From Centroscyllium fabricii (taxonomy: Eukaryota), in the NCBI GenBank assembly GCA_051313645.2, contig JBNRSN020000020.1, forward strand, positions 69,502,001 to 69,566,000: a DNA stretch of 64,000 bases, in the 5' to 3' direction. Of this stretch, positions 1 to 12,128 are shown piece by piece. The translations under genes and the position numbers were made by a program. Every line of letters starts with the position of its first letter. The stretch's first letter is position 1. The notes under the pieces are model-generated. The model had not been told where the DNA came from. It did no database searches and saw only the letters and a program-made list of their open reading frames with translations.

Positions 1-723
1 TATATTTTTTTAACTTTTTTTCTTTGCCTTTTTTTAAATCTCTCTTAATCCCATCTTTCTTTCCCTCTCTTTATTTGTGTACCTGATTTGACGATGAATT
101 AAATATTCTAACTTATACTTCCTGGTTCAGATTCTGTGCTGCTCATTAGTGATTCTTTAATCTGATTGGTTGAGGAGATACACAGTTGCTTGTCCTGTTC
201 ACCCATGTCTCATATCCCCTGTAGAGGGTGCTGTGGCAAAACAGGCTTTCTCATCACAGCAAGTCCCAGTGCAAAATCCCATTGAAAGCCTGTGGGCAAA
301 TGCAGGTGTAATAAATGGCAGCCGCCGTTCATTCGCCAGTGAGAGCAAAATCCGACCCATTGAGCCAGGCAAACGAGCATGTTGAAGACTGGAGTCTAAT
401 GTCCTTATAACAGCAGTCTGCCCATTCACGAGAGACACTGCTCCTGGCTTTAAGAGCTCTGTGGTAGGGACTGTGCTGCAATTTCTCCTGCAGGTTCCAC
501 ACACTCTGTGGAGGAACTGCAGTTCATGCATGATTGCACACATGTGGCTAATGTATTTCTCCTCAATCACCACCATTTTCAAAAATCCCTCCCAGGGGTG
601 AAATGTTGTTTAATTCTCTACCTCTCTTTCCTCCTTTTATGATGCTCCTTATTACATACCTCTTTGACCAGGCTGCCCTAATAACTCCTCATGTGCCTCA
701 GTGTCAAATTTATTTTGATAACT

Positions 724-916
724 ATGAATGCTGAGTCTTTAAGTATATTTAAGGCTGAGATTGATAGAATTTTGGCCTCTAGGGGAAATCAAGGGATATG
801 TAGATTGGGTGGGAACGTAGAGTTGGGGGCGATGATCAGCCATGATCTTATTGAATGACGGAGCAGGCTCGATGGGCCATATGGCCTACTCCTGCTCCTA
901 TTTCTTATGTTCTTAT
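724..916 (+). mobile_element. CR1/HER1 LINE 3' end fragment inside an old L2-type tail (about 596-990)
   Basis: AAGGCTGAGATTGATAGA...GATCAGCCATGATCTTATTGAATG...GGCCTACTCCTGCTCCTATTTCTTATGTTCTTAT tail, shared with other CR1/HE1 copies in the window; boundaries approximate. Confidence 0.65.
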
Positions 917-1054
917 AACGCTCCGGTGAAGCACCTTGGGATATTTTTCTACGTTAAAGGTGCTATACAAATTGTTGTTGTTGCTGTTAAGTAGAAAATG
1001 GCGAACACTGCGCAAACTCTGCTACCTAGAATGCAGCCTAAACAGCGTTTAGTA

Positions 1055-1372
1055 CAGGTTGAGCACCGGTAATCTGGCACCCTCGGGACCAGGCCGGTGC
1101 CGGACCACTGAAAATTCCGAACCACAGAAGGTTCGGGGGGAGCGCGCGGGTAGAACACTCCCCAGGGCCCGGAGCGCGCGGGTAGAACACTTACAAGCCC
1201 TAAAAAAGCAGCAACCCAAACGCCCGACGCCTTCGGCGCTCGCCCACCCTTCGCGGGAAATGGTGGCGCCGCCGAGCAGCTGCTCCGCAAACTAATGACC
1301 GCCGGTTTCGATTCGTGCCGAACCACTGAAGGTGCCGGACCATCGGGTGCTGAATTACCGGTGCTCAACCTG
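1055..1372. mobile_element. Tc1/mariner-pogo (Tigger-like) MITE
   Basis: TIRs CAGGTTGAGCACCGGTAAT / ATTACCGGTGCTCAACCTG, TA on both sides; several related copies in the window. Confidence 0.85.
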
Positions 1373-1724
1373 TATTGACAAACACGTGAAATCAAAACAG
1401 GCAGGCCATTGTTCTCATACAGAGGAGTTGTTGGGCCATGGTGAATTTCTCCATCTAGAGTTTTTCATTTCTTTTTTATTTCAGATATGTCTTCGGGCTA
1501 TTTAGTTTTGATTCAAATGTTCCAGTAATTATTGTACAGCCAGAGTTAAATAATGACATATTTTAAATGATCAAAAATGAAAAATTCCCTCAGATTTTCC
1601 AAATATGAAAGCGCTGCAGGAATCCTGGATTAAAATAATGATGTGACCTAGTTTATCCTTTGACGAGAAGAAAATAGAAGGTACTTGTGAAATACCAATA
1701 AAAAGGTGTCTCATCTTTATTCAT

Positions 1725-2180
1725 AACAACAACAACTTGCATTTATATAGCGCCTTTAATGTGGTAAAATATTCCAAGGCACTTCACAGGAGTTTTTCAA
1801 AACACAAAATTTGACACCAAGCCACATAAGGAGAAATTAGGGCAGGTGACCAAAAGCTTGGTCAAAAGGTAGGTTTTAAGAAGCGTCTTAAAGGAGGAAA
1901 GAGGTGGAGAGGTGGAGAGGTTTAGGCAGGGAATTCCAGAGCTTAGGGCAAAGGGAACAGACGGCACGGCCACCAATGGTGCAGCGATTATAATCAGTGA
2001 TACTTGAGGGCAGAATTAGAGGAGCACAGATATCTCGGGTGGAGGGGGGGGGGGGTTTGTGGAGAAGGCTGAAGGAGATTACAGAGATGGGGAGCGGCGA
2101 GGCCATGGAGAGATTTGAAAACCAGGATGAGAATTTTGAAATCGAGGTGCTGCTTCACCGGGAGCCAATGTAGGTCATTA
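1725..2180 (-). mobile_element. L2-type LINE 3' end fragment
   Basis: (AAC)n-TTGCATTTATATAGCGCCTTT tail; minus-strand peptide IGGRAVCSLCPKLWNSLPKPLH resembles an L2 ORF2 C-terminus. Confidence 0.6.
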
Positions 2181-2506
2181 TCATAATAGTGAGGTACTGC
2201 TCACTGGTCGATCTTGAGGGTTGATTAAGGAAAGGATCAGTAGCCCAAGTGAATAATTACTGTAACAAATTTCCCCAAAATTGGAGAATGTTGCCACACA
2301 AAGCATGCCTAGGTACATATTAAAGCACAGATTTATTAGTGCAATGGTATATTTTGTTTATGCAACAAAGATCCAATCAGGAAGTCTGTTGACATTGTTG
2401 AATATTGGTATAGGAGTGCCGTGCTTCGCGATTAGGGTGGCTTTGGGGGAGGGGTTAGCTGGGTTGGGTTACAAAGGAATTTGCCTAACTTGACAGGGGT
2501 GACATT

Positions 2507-3423
2507 GGGGGGGATTTTCGGATGGCTGTGAGGGTGGGTTTCCAGCAGGGCGGGGGGTAAAATCGCAATTCCGGCGGGTGGGAAGCCACCCCACCAGATC
2601 CCCGCCCATTTGTGATTTTCCTCGGGCGGGTTTTGCCGCCCCGAATGTTTCCCGCCGGCCGCCGGCGGGGATGCAAAATGAGCTCGTTGAGGGCCCTTAA
2701 TTGGATGGGTAATCGTACTTTAAGGGCCCTCAGCTATTTTAATCCTCTTCCCACCCAAAACCCGACTGGTGGAAACCCTGCCGTTGAAAGGTGGCGGGTA
2801 CCCAATCGGCTGGGTGACTGCCACCTTCAAGGCATGGGCACAGTAGGCACACAGCAGCTTGCTAGCCTCCACCATGTTGGAGGTGCATCTGCCACCCAAA
2901 GGTGGACAAAATGCAGTGCCCCAAAAACTTTAAATCACTGACCTTCTTCTGTGTCCCTGCCATTGAGATCGCGCTGCGGAGCTGTGTCTGTGTGAGCCAA
3001 CCTGTCAATCACCCAGGGGATCAGTTTCTGTTTACATTCCATTGAAACCACAAACAAACAGTGAGCCACTTGGAAGTGTTTGCTTTGTGGTTTCAACGTG
3101 TACTTTGGGCTTTGGCAGTTCAATGCTGTGTCAACACTGAAAGAAAGGAACCACTTGAGAACTGTCAATCAGGCTTAGTGGTTTCTTACTACTGAAACTC
3201 TTCAGGCCTGTCCATCAACAGCCCACCCCGACTCAATCTGTGAATGGAACGCGCAGCCTTCCAGACTGAAAAGTGTGTATTGAAAGCCGAGAAGACCGAC
3301 GGGGATTTAATTGGCCACTTGAGGCAAAATCGTTCGGGCCTCCCAGGTCCTTGGACAAGTGGGACAGAAAGCTGACCCACCCAAAACCCGACAGCTTCCC
3401 ACAACTTTGTAAAAATCCCCCCC
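2507..3423. mobile_element. PIF/Harbinger-type non-autonomous element
   Basis: Terminal GGGGGGGATTTT / AAAATCCCCCCC inverted repeat, 3-bp TSD ATT (2504-2506, 3424-3426). Confidence 0.6.
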
Positions 3424-3549
3424 ATTGTGTGGTGTCATGAGTCTTGTGGTGTGTGGAGCAAGTGGCAGTGTACGACCATCTTCCCTCTTGTATCAACCTG
3501 CATCTTCATCTGTGTGAGCTTTTAGGAAGGGCTTTCAGACTTCCAAGTA

Positions 3550-3877
3550 CAGGTTGAGCACCGGTAATCCGGCCACCGATGGTCCGGCACCTTCAGTGGT
3601 TCGGCACAAATCGAAACCGGCGGTCTTCAGTTTGCGGAGCAGCCGCTCGGCAGTGCCATCGTTTCCCGCGAAGGGTGGGCGAGCGCCGAAGGCACTGGGC
3701 GTTTGGGTTTTTGCTTTTTAGTGTTCTACCCGCGCGCTCCGGGCCCTGGGGAGTGTTCTACCCGTGCGCACCGGGCCCCGGGGAGTGTTCTACCCCCAAA
3801 CCTTCAGTGATTCAGAATTTTCAATGGTCCGGCACCGGCATGGTCCCGAGGGTGCCGGATTGCCGGTGCTCAACCTG
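3550..3877. mobile_element. Tigger-like MITE (same family as 1055-1372, opposite orientation)
   Basis: CAGGTTGAGCACCGG TIRs, TA TSD. Confidence 0.85.
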
Positions 3878-5183
3878 TACTCTCCCAGCAATATGTGGAG
3901 GTCATGCACCACTCACTAACTGACCTATATCCCACAGATACTTAATCCAACAATAATAAAACCACAATTGCTACACCTCAGACAATGTAAGCGGATATTT
4001 TCCTTAAAGGGAAAGGACCTTTTTAAATGTATGTAACTTCTGAAAAACATTAGACACTGTCAACCTGGTAATTTTTCTTATTCTAGTTACACTCCTCCCA
4101 TCTTGACAGGATCCCTGAATTCTTTTGGAATCTTGGACCAAAAGTGGATTATGGGGTCAGAATTTCCTCTGCATGTCTGTTTCTGCAGTGAACGACAATG
4201 ATTGCCAGGATTTCTAGGGAAAATAATGCAGATATTTTTGGAGAGGAATCTTGGCAGATATTTTGTTCAGCGTACGAACAATCAATTTATTTTAAGGTCT
4301 CGGCTTGCGGGTGTTACAGTTTACGTCCGGATTTGCTGTCGGAGGTGTACCTCCGCAGTACGCCTCCGACCCGAATTTTTTTTCCAAAAGTACCTGCTGG
4401 CTCCCGGGCTTCAGAGTCCTCGGAACTCGGGCCTCCAGGCGTACACCCATGTAAAGGCCCACGTGATCCCAGGGACGCAGGCGGCTCAGAAGAGTCCCTG
4501 GGATCACGTGGGCAGGACAACCAATTGGAAAGGGGGATTCCTCATAAGCTTATGGGGATTCTATTTACGAACAGAATCTCCATAAGCTTATGAGAAATCC
4601 CCAAATAAATAAATAATTAACAGAATTCCAATAAAAATAAATATTCCCATGTTTAAAATTAATTTAAAGTCCCTTTAATTTAGCATTTAAAATAAAAATG
4701 TAATTTTTTGAAAAATAATTTTAAACATTTTAATCTGGGCCAAAATGTACATGAACTCATTTTGAATATTTTTGTATGTTTTAATCATTTAATTTTTTTT
4801 AATTTAACCCGTACGCTGGTAAAAGCAGGTTTTGTGGGCATTTGCTAGGCAGTAGTTGGGCAAATAGCTCAACTTTGCGTCAGCCAATGTGTTTTTTGGT
4901 CGTAGGTGAACTTTGACAGATCGCTAGTTCCGGGTTTATAAGCATGCGCTGCTCATGCGGAGGTCCGGAACTTGCGGGGCCATTCTAAGGGCTTGCGGCG
5001 GAGTACGCTGTGCGTACGCCGTCATCGGCCCGCAAAATCAGCGCTGTTGCACGGCCAGTTCCCAACAATCGTAAGGTTCCAAGGAACGCTAATACGTACA
5101 TATGTAGCAGGAGCTATATTGGTAAGCTAAATGCTACATACCGGTAAACAATATTCTCTGCAATCGCAACATAACAAGAACCT

Positions 5184-8100
5184 TGTGACCGAAATAACGA
5201 CCTCGTGGACGAGTAGTTAGAAGGGTGAAACAATACGGCTTTTATTCGCTAAATGGTGGACATGCACCAGCTAGTCGACCGTCCCCAGGAATGGCTGGGG
5301 GATGGGAGACGGCCGCTTATATACCTCCTCCTGGGAGGGAGGAGTCACGGGCGGAGCCAGCGTGGGCATGTCCAGGTAATCGCACAATAGGTTATGTACA
5401 ACATGAATATAGGTATGATTACAGAGATACATAACGGGGTGGGTATGTACAAGGAAACAGTGGTTTACCACATTCACCCCTTCTTTAAAACAAAAGTCCG
5501 GCGGGGCGAACGCGACAGTTCCTTTAATTTACAAATTAAGTCGCTCCGGCGGCCTGGTGATCCTGGTTGAGCGTCGCACCGCTGGTGGTGTCAGCGGTCG
5601 TGGAGTGGCCGGTCGGGTTGGTTGCATCAATGGTGATGATGCCGGTTGGCGGGCGGTGGTTGATAACGTCGGTTGGTTTCTGGTTGGTGCCCTTGCAGTG
5701 ACAGTAGGAGGCGCGCTCTCTCCCTCGTCATCTGACTCTAGGGGGCGTGTACTGTGGAGCCATGCTGGAGGCCATGCCGTGCTGCCCGCAGGTGCCAGGT
5801 GGACGTACCGGGGTGCTGGGTTCTCGTGCCGGGGAGCGTACATTGGCGCCGGTGGCCCGGGAGGAGTGGCTGGCCTCGGTGGCCCGGGTGGAGTGGCTGG
5901 CCGTCTTGGGTGCGCGAGCTGCTGGGTGGGGCTGGGTTTGTGGGCTCCCGCTGGCGCCAGGTCCTTGATGGACACGGTGTCCTCCCTCCCGTCGGGATAC
6001 GCCACGTAGGCGTACTGGGGATTGGCGTGCAGGAGGTGGACCCGTTCGACCAGGGGATCTGCCTTGTGGCCCCTCACGTGCTTCTGTAGTAGGACTGGTC
6101 CCGGGGATAGCAGCCAGGATGGTAGCGAGGTCCCGGAAGCCGACTTCCTGGGGAAGGCAAAAAGTCGCTCGTGAGGGGTGGCATTAGTGGCCGTACACAG
6201 GAGGGACCGGATGGAGTGGAGCGCTTCAGGGAGGATGTCCTGCCAGCGGGAGACTGGGAGGCCTTTAGACCGTAGGGCTAACAGGATGGCCTTCCAGACA
6301 GTGGCGTTCTCCCTCTCTACCTGTCCGTTCCCCCGGGGGTTGTAGCTGGTAGTCCTGCTAGTCGCGATGCCTTTGGCTAGCAGAAACTGACGCAGCTCGT
6401 CACTCATTAAGGACGCCCCCCGGTCGCTATGGATATAGCTGGGATAGCCGAACAGGGAGAAGATGCTGTGGAGGGCTTTGATGACAGTGGCGGAGGTCAT
6501 GTCCGGGCAGGGGATGGCAAAGGGGAAGCGGGAGTACTCGTCAATGATGTTGAGGAAGTACACGTTCCTGTTGGAGGAGGGAAGGGGTCCTTTGAAGTCG
6601 ACGCTGAGTCGTTCAAAGGGGCGAGTGGCCTTGATCAGATGCGCCCGGTCTGGCCGATAGAAGTGCGGCTTGCATTCCGCACAGACCTGGCAATTGCTGG
6701 TCATGGTCTTGACCTCCTCGATGGAGTAGGGGAGGTTGCGGGACTTCACAAAGTGAACCAACCTAGTGACCCCCGGGTGGCAGAGGTCATTGTGTAGGGT
6801 TTGGAGGCGGTCTGTCTGTGTGCTGGCACATGTACCGCGGGATAGGGCGTCTGGGGGTTCGTTAAATTTCCCGGACCGGTACAAGATATCGTAATTGAAC
6901 GCCGAGAGCTCAATTCTCCACCTTAATATCTTGTCGTTCTTGATTTTACCCCGCTCTTTGTTGTTGAACATAAAAGCGACTGAGCGTTGGTCAGTCAGCA
7001 GGGTAAATCGCTTGCCGGCCAGGTAGTGCTTCCAGTGACGCACTGCTTCAACGATGGCCTGGGCCTCCTCGACTGAGGAGTGACGGCTCTCGGGGCCATG
7101 AAGGGTACGCGAGAAGAAGGCCACGGGTCTGCCCGCCTGGTTAAGGGTGGCGGCCAGGGCAAAGTCCGATGCATCGCTCTCTACCTGGAATGGGACGGAC
7201 TCGTCCACGGCGTGCATCGTTGCCTTCGCAATGTCATCCTTAATGCCGCAGAACGCCACGCGGGCATCTGCTGACGGGAAATGAGGTGGATTTAAGCAGT
7301 GGGCGAGCTTTGTCCGCGCAATTGGGGACCCACTGGGCATAATAGGCAAAGAAACCCAAGCACCGTTTAAGGGCCTTGGGGGAGTGGGGGAGGGGGAGCT
7401 CCATGAGGGGGCGCATGCGGTCCGGGTCGGGACTGATGACCCCATTCTCCACAACACTGCCGAGGATGGCAAGGCGGGTGGTACTGAACACACATTTTTC
7501 AGTGTTATACGTCAGATTGAGTGTTTTGGCGGTGTGGAGAAATTTCTGGAGGTTGGCATCATGGTCCTGCTGATCGTGGCCGCAGATGGTCACGTTATCG
7601 AGATACGGGAAAGTGGCTCGCAGCCCGTACTGATCGACCATTCGGTCCATCTCCCTTTGGAAGACCGAGACCCCATTCGTGACGCCAAACGGGACCCTGA
7701 GGAAGTGGTAGAGGTGGCCGTCAGCCTCGAAGGCAGTATAGAGACGGTCCTCTGGGCGAATGGGAAGCTGGTGATATGCGGACTTCAGATCTATGGTGGA
7801 GAACACCCGGAACTGCGCGATCTGATTCACCATGTCCGCTATCCGGGGGAGGGGGTATGCGTCTAGCTGGGTGAACCGATTGATGGTCTGATTATAGTCC
7901 ACTACCATCCGGTTCTTAGCTCCGGTCTTTACCACCACTACCTGCGCCCTCCAGGGGCTATTACTGGCCTCGATAACCCCCTCCTTCAGGAGGCGCTGCA
8001 CCTCGGACTTGATAAAGTCCATGTCCCCAGCACTGTAGCGCCTACTCTTGGTGACGACGGGCTTGCAGTCTGGGGTGAGGTTGGCAAAGAGCCAGGGAGG

Positions 8101-9828
8101 GGCGACCTTAAGGGTCGAGAGGCCACAGGTAGCGCGCCGGGGCTGCTGCACCGAGCGCCGGTTGCTGACCGTGAGCGAGGGAAGGGGCCCACCATATGCC
8201 ATGGTAATGCTTTGGAGATGGCACTGGAAGTCCAGACCCAATAATAATGGAGCGCAGAGCTGCGGCAGCACGTAAAAGCTAAAGTTACTAAAGTGCACGC
8301 CCTGCACCGTTAGAGCCACTGCGCAACGCCCAGAGACGTCCGCAGATTCCGATTTGGAAGCCATTGAAATCTTTTGGCTCGCTGGCATAACCTTAAGGGA
8401 GAGGCGCTTTACTGTCTCAGGATGAACAAAACTCACCGTGCTCCCACTGTCGAAAAGGCACACCACGTCCTGTCTGTTCACTCCCACCGGCATCATCGAT
8501 TTCCCGAGTGATTGGGTCTTGTTCTGGTCCAGAGTCACCGATGCCAATATTGGATCAGACGATTCCTCTTGATCCGGCGAGAAGTCCTCTGGGGCCGGTT
8601 CCCAAGATGGCTGCCGCAATGCGGTGTACTGCAGAGGGGGTGGCTGGGTCCAATATGGCGACTGCTGCCACGCGGGGTGCTGAGTGGGGGATGGCTGAGT
8701 CCAATATGGCTGCCCCCATGTTCCACACGCGGCACTGTCCGGTTTCGGTTTAGGGGCTGTGATCGCCTTACAGACTTTAGCGTAATGTCCCTTCTTTCCA
8801 CATTTTGAGCAGGCCGCTTCTCTTGCCAGGCAGCTGCGTCTCGGATGCTGAGACTGCCCGCAGAAGTAACATTTTGCCGTCTTAGCATGAGCGGCTGCGA
8901 TCATTTCTTCTGCCGGCCGTTGTGCCGGCGCTGCCCAAGATGGCGGGGCTGGGCCCGTATAGTTGCCGGAGTATGATGATAGGTTTAGTGAGGCCACGTC
9001 CAGTGCATTGCCCAGCGCATTGCCCAGATCCGCTGTTGCCTGCAGGTCAAGGCCGTTCTGTTCTAACAGCCTCTGTCTGATATAGTCCAACCTGAGGCCT
9101 GTAACATATGCGTCTCTGATTAGACTGTCCACATGGATCTGGGCCAATTGTGCTCTGCAGTCACAGGCCCGTGATAGCACTCTCAGCGCTCTTAAAAATT
9201 CCACGCTGGACTCACCGGGTTGCTGCATCCTGGTGGCTAGGATGTGTCTGGCGTGGACGATATTGGGTGCCCGGTTGTACTCTGCCTTGAGGATCCTGAT
9301 AGCATCCAAGAATGATGATGCGTCCACGATCATGGAGTACACCTGAGGGCCCACCCGGGCGTTGAGGAGCCGCCGTTTGTCCTCTTCGGTCCTGACGACC
9401 GCTGCGTTCGTTCTCAGGTACGCATCGAAACAGTCATACCAGTGCGAGAATGTGTTTGATGCGCCTGGTGTCCGGGGATCCAATTCAAACGTTGCTGGCT
9501 TGAGCATTCCGTCCATCTTCAAAATTTAGCGAATAAAATTGTGACCGAAATAACGACCTCGTGGACGAGTAGTTAGAAGGGTGAAACAATAAGGCTTTTA
9601 TTCGCTAAATGGTGGACATGCACCAGCTAGTCGACCGTCCCCAGGAATGGCTGGGGGATGGGAGACGGCCGCTTATATACCTCCTCCTGGGAGGGAGGAG
9701 TCGCGGGCGGAGCCAGCGTGGGCATGTCCAGGTAATCGCACAATAGGTTATGTACAACATGAATAAAGGTACGATTACAGAGATACATAACGGGGTGGGT
9801 ATATACAAGGAAACAGTGGTTTACCACA
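5184..9828 (-). mobile_element. Full-length Ty3/Gypsy LTR retrotransposon, family A copy 1 (Mag-like gag)
   Basis: 289-bp LTRs 5184-5472 and 9540-9828 (TG..CA, about 5 mismatches), 5-bp TSD AACCT, PPT AAGAAGGGGTGAA at 5473-5485. Confidence 0.97.
5529..9516 (-). pseudogene. gag-PR-RT-RNaseH-IN polyprotein of A1, one frameshift near 7275
   Basis: Zn knuckles CYFCGQSQH..C..CSKCGKKGHYAKVC, protease LFDSGS, RT IDLKSAYHQ..PFG..YLDN, RNaseH ESDASD, integrase H..H..C..C, VDFKGP, HSDRG, GQVERE. Confidence 0.93.
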
Positions 9829-10588
9829 AACCTATCAGTCAATTTTATTACAGTAGAAAATCTGTTCTGCACAGAGAGAGAAGGGGTGGTTATTTTTTCC
9901 ATCTGTATTTGCATACAAATCATTTTTTATTTTTTTCTCTGTATATGTTTAAAAGTGAAGCAAGGAAGAATGCTTTTCCAGAAACATAATAACCTTAGAT
10001 GATCCCTTACACTATTTTGCTTCTTAAAGATTGTACATTTTTAACTTTAATGCACATTTAACTATCAGATTTACATCCTGCCAACATTGTGTTCACCTGA
10101 CACTTCATACGTTAATACCTTACAGATGTGACCAGGCTGTATACACTTGGGTGTTATTGTGTGAAAGGAAGTCAGAAGAATGAGTTGTTGGGTGGGCGTA
10201 CTGGGTAGGCTGTTCCCTTATAGTTTTAACAGTGAATGATGGCATCGTCGGTGGAATTGGCTAGGATGAGTTACTAAATTAACACCAGTAGGTACAGCCA
10301 TTAACTCAGCATGCTTCAGCTGGTGTGTCATTTCAACTGTGCAGATTAATTCAGCTTCCTCACAGTAGTCAACATGGTAAGAGCTCCAAGACAGTTCCCT
10401 GTTGATGATTTGGCTCTTGTCATCTACCCAATTATTTTTTTAATAATAAAAACAGTATAAGAATAAAAGGATGTTGTCTAAATGGTTTACAAATGATTGC
10501 AGTTTTTAAATAATGCATTGCTGGAGAGATTCTCTCTTTTTAAGGGGTATATTTTCTGATTTGTGAAGTTTATTTATCGATGCTTGTA

Positions 10589-11031
10589 CAGGTTGAGCAC
10601 CGTTAATCCGGCACCCTCGGGACCAGGCCGGTGCCGGACCACTGAAAATTCCGAACCACTGAAGATTCGAGGGTCGGAGCCCGCGGTATAACACTCCCCG
10701 GGGCCCGGAGCGCGCGGTAGAACACTCTCCGGGGCCCGGAGCGCGCGGGTAGAACACTCCCCGGGAGGGAGCCCGGGGATAGAACACTCCCCGGGGCCCA
10801 GAGCGCGCGGGTAGAACACTCCCCGGAAGGGAGCCCGGGGATAGAACACTTACAAGACCTGAAAAAACAGAAACCCAAACACCAGATGCCTTCGGCGCTC
10901 GCTCACCCTTCGCGGGAAACTGTGGCGCCGCCGAGCGGCTGCTCCACAAAATGAAGAGCGCCGGTTTCCAATCATGCCGGACCACTGAAGGTGCCGGATC
11001 ATCGAATGCCGGATTAACGGTGCTCAACCTG
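10589..11031. mobile_element. Tigger-like MITE with about 6 internal 31-bp repeats
   Basis: CAGGTTGAGCACCGTTAATCCGGCA TIRs, TA TSD. Confidence 0.85.
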
Positions 11032-12128
11032 TACTGCCTTCATTTGTGCTCTGCTTTAAACAGATGTAAACCCTGGAATTTAGGTATAAATCCTTTGCGT
11101 GCTCGCACAACATTCCACTCTCTGGTATTATGAGGCAGATATTAATGCATATAAAATAAACTAATTCATGCCTGCCTAAAAGTAGCTCACAGAGGAATAT
11201 AGTATGAAGACGCCAAATATTTAGAGCTGAACATTGCCTTTTGGAAAATGTTCAGGGTAAATTAAGTTTTCATTGGTCTTAAAATGGAGGTCAAATTTGA
11301 GTGAAATCTGATAATTTTATCCAGCCCTTTCTACAAATGCAGTAAGGATATTTGTTGCATAGCTACGAATGAAATTTTAATAATCCCCAACACATTGAAT
11401 TATTTTTGGTATTAGTCTAACATTGACAGTAGGACAGCCCCAGTTTTAATGAGCACAAAGGTTTGAGCTTGAAGTCAGACATTCCTTCTAATAGAGACTC
11501 CTTTCATTATTTGCTTTGATTAGATTTCTCTTTTTTCTTGTTGCCAATTCTGTGCAGTATGATTTTTGCATAAAAGTTTACTGCATGTACCTATACTTTG
11601 TCATCATTTTCTTGTCAAACTAGTCAAATATAAATTTTATCATCTCTCTGCCGAAGAGAAAATATTGCCGGATTTGCATAAAATTGCAGAAACAAGTCAC
11701 TGCCAAAAGCAATGGGCTTACTTAACAGTTTTATTAAAAAAATGAATCACAACTCTCCCCGATGGCTGAAATGAATTTGCCCAGTGTGTAGCTGAGCCAT
11801 TAAGATAAGAATGTCTGAGGTTGATCCCTTGTTTGTGCTGCGTTTAGCGGATTTCAGCCAGACTAGCCTTAAGTCCTAGAATTTGCTTTACCACTGTAAA
11901 TAAATACAATGTGGTAATTAACTAACCTTGTTAGATTTAGGATGGGGAACATTGGTCAGTGGTTGTGCCCCTGATCGGTCTCTAGCAACCATTGTTTGAA
12001 GAGCTCATTGGTTGGGTCCAGCTGAATACAAGATTGCCTCAGATGTGATGGCCCTGTTGTTCAGTAACCTGCTGACAATCACTATTGAGGTGTAGCTTTC
12101 AAAAGCTCTGAATTAATTGGTCTGTGAC

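Noticed and set aside
1485-1524. Possible copine micro-exon (strong acceptor TTTTTTATTTCAG, peptide YVFGLFSFDSN faintly like the CPNE5 insert IGAFSLNS)
   Set aside because: No good donor in the required phase and the similarity is too short; needs RNA-seq
4295-5045. Possible Harbinger-type MITE with AT-rich core and internal palindrome around AAGCTT
   Set aside because: TIRs and TSD could not be defined
7240-7493. Programmed frameshift in A1 (also overlapping ORFs in B and D)
   Set aside because: A2, A3 and C read through the same positions in one frame, so these are mutations or errors
5557-8888. Many antisense or alternate-frame ORFs over Gypsy pol and MITEs
   Set aside because: Shadow ORFs of GC-rich coding or repeat sequence with no recognisable domains
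11760-12010. Old LF-SINE-like remnant
   Set aside because: Too diverged to support by eye
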